Part shown: piece after piece, positions 62,381 through 64,000 of the stretch
How positions within the stretch are numbered: the first letter of the stretch is position 1
How the letters are laid out: every line of letters begins with the position of its first letter
Program-made: the position numbers and the translations under genes
Assembly (NCBI GenBank): GCA_038496445.1
Contig: JALMLS010000440.1
Span: 62,001-126,000 of the forward strand
Length of the DNA stretch: 64,000 nt
Source: Trichosphaerium sp. ATCC 40318
Taxonomy: Eukaryota; Protista; Tubulinea
Direction: 5' to 3'
The notes under the pieces: generated by a model
Database searches by the model: none
What the model saw: the letters and a program-made list of their open reading frames with translations, nothing else
Told to the model about the DNA's origin: nothing

Positions 62381-63304
62381 CTAGGACCGACTGGTATTTA
62401 GAAGTTGTACAGAGTCAGTAGTATATTGTAAGTTAACATGTAAACGCCATGTGCCTTTTGGAATATCAATGAGAAATACTGTATTGTTGAGCACCATTTT
62501 AAGCTCCCTCTCTGTAAGTGTCAAGGTCACTGTATCATCTTTGAAGGCTATTAAACCTGGGCATTTCTTTACAGAATCCCCATTATGTACATATTTTCCT
62601 GACCAACCATACGCGGCTTTATTAAGGAAAGAACGCCTTGATGGAGTTACACCAGCACTTATAATGCCTATAAACAGCCAATCTCTCGTTCCATGTATCT
62701 TGAGCGTCCATGTTACATTACTTTCGAAACTATTAGATCCAAATGCAGCACAATAACTTGATGTCTTAACCTTTTGAACAAGAGTTGGTGCAACTAAAAT
62801 TTCGCCAACTGAAGTATCAGCAGAAAACGAATCAGTCAAAGGAAGGCTCACTAGAGCAGGAATGATACCAAAGTAATCAACAAGTGCTGAAAAGTCTTTG
62901 TCAACATTCTTCAGTTCAATCACTTTATGAAGTGGTTCTCCAGGTTGCATGGAAGCTGATCTGAGAGATCGTAGAATGACTGTAAAGTACTCTGGGTCAA
63001 CATCTAAAAAGATGATACCATTCTTGTCGAGAGTGTGTTTACCCTCCCACCGCCCACTGAACATGGTTTCGAGCATTGATCCTTGAACAACACATAAAGT
63101 ACGTCGCGTGGTTGTCATGAGTGTGCCGCCAACGTTTAGTTCTATCACATCCTCTGTAGTCGTTTTTGAAGCCATTTGTAATTTTTCGTTTTCAAACTGC
63201 TTTTTGGATGCTTCAAGCTCTTTTGTCTGCTTCACAACTAATTCTGTTTGTATTTTGAGAGCCTTGTTAAAGTGTTGGTACAGGTTCGTTAGTTCCTCAG
63301 CCAT
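62381..63304 (-). CDS. KCTD-type BTB/POZ protein with coiled-coil N-terminus and SPRY-like beta C-terminus; intronless
   Basis: VIELNVGG..TTRRTL..SMLETMFSGRW..IFLDVDPEYF..ILRSLR; WTLKI..LFIGI..YGW. Confidence 0.9.
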   Translation of the reverse strand: MAEELTNLYQHFNKALKIQTELVVKQTKELEASKKQFENEKLQMASKTTTEDVIELNVGGTLMTTTRRTLCVVQGSMLETMFSGRWEGKHTLDKNGIIFLDVDPEYFTVILRSLRSASMQPGEPLHKVIELKNVDKDFSALVDYFGIIPALVSLPLTDSFSADTSVGEILVAPTLVQKVKTSSYCAAFGSNSFESNVTWTLKIHGTRDWLFIGIISAGVTPSRRSFLNKAAYGWSGKYVHNGDSVKKCPGLIAFKDDTVTLTLTERELKMVLNNTVFLIDIPKGTWRLHVNLQYTTDSVQLLNTSRS

Positions 63305-63746
63305 TAGCGTGTTGGGTATGCCTCTGTTATTTACTTTAAAATATGGATCTGTATCAAGTTTGGCAGTCAGTTAATTCAACCCAGTTTTGGAGTAGCAGCT
63401 TTTAACTAAAACTTGGTTTTAGCCATACCTCATTCTAAGTATCCTAAGAATCAACAATTAGAAATTCCAGAGATTTCTACGGAATCTCCCTGAACCTACA
63501 ACTAAAAAAACGAATTGATAACTTATTTACCTATAACACCGTCTCTAGTTAATTCTATTACAGCTGTACTAAATATCAAGATGACAAGCAAGATAACAAA
63601 AAGAACAAAGAAAGTGAAAAGATGAACTTTTCTTAATGAGATTGTTGGACAATCATTGAACTAACATGTTCGATAAATCTAACAAATATACATCTGCTTT
63701 TTATCGTTTATTACAAAACTAACTGCCTTTTTTAGGGATTTTTTAC

Positions 63747-64000
63747 CTAGTACGTTCCAGTCTTCTTTTCTAGTTCAATAGGGTCACCAATATTATTAAT
63801 CAATTGATCCAACTGTGTTGCTTCAACTGCATGTCCATTTTCTTGTAAACTTTGTCTTACTTTTGACTTGTTCATATATATCTGCTTGTATACGTTTGCT
63901 AGTGCTATATCTTCTATATTCTCTGGTATAATAGCAGGTAAGAAGTCATCATCCTCTTGACGCTGTGGAGGCATTGTTGCGATATCATCAAAAAAGGCGT
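63747..64000 (-). CDS. hypothetical protein exon, truncated by window edge
   Basis: Open coding-like frame ending at a GTACGT donor. Confidence 0.4.
   Translation of the reverse strand, partial: AFFDDIATMPPQRQEDDDFLPAIIPENIEDIALANVYKQIYMNKSKVRQSLQENGHAVEATQLDQLINNIGDPIELEKKTGTY

Noticed and set aside
1-64000. Integrated giant virus or Polinton region
   Set aside because: No capsid, packaging ATPase, PolB, integrase or other viral core genes; only repeat-domain genes that viruses share with hosts
1-64000. tRNA/rRNA genes and telomeric repeats
   Set aside because: None recognised by eye; tRNAscan-SE/Infernal would be needed to exclude small RNAs

Overview
AT-rich (about 35% GC by eye), gene-dense eukaryotic DNA with many short GT-AG introns, using the standard code. 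It is most consistent with a free-living protist, possibly an amoebozoan, but the taxon cannot be fixed from sequence alone. The ORF track is fragmented by introns, so genes were re-spliced by hand and several ends are approximate. Recognisable genes: two inverted, divergent CYRI/FAM49 paralogues; a class-3 lipase; a nucleoplasmin-like protein; a very large secreted beta-repeat protein; several F-box proteins (including F-box-LRR and F-box-SNF2 helicase); a GT23 fucosyltransferase-like gene; a uridine/purine nucleoside phosphorylase; a PTC7-type PP2C; a TRPV-type channel; a GPI-anchored protein; and a BTB protein. Mobile and repeat DNA: an internally deleted hAT transposon with an 8-bp TSD, a hAT-like MITE, an 80-bp minisatellite and several local inverted duplications. 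The most notable signals are (1) an actively turning-over family of F-box-like + 24-aa MORN-variant repeat genes at 7 loci, (2) about 57 CACGTG sites (roughly 8-10x the naive expectation), mostly in introns and intergenic DNA, (3) mosaic homogenisation of the CYRI pair that spares the Rac-binding region, and (4) a duplication junction built from locally templated DNA.
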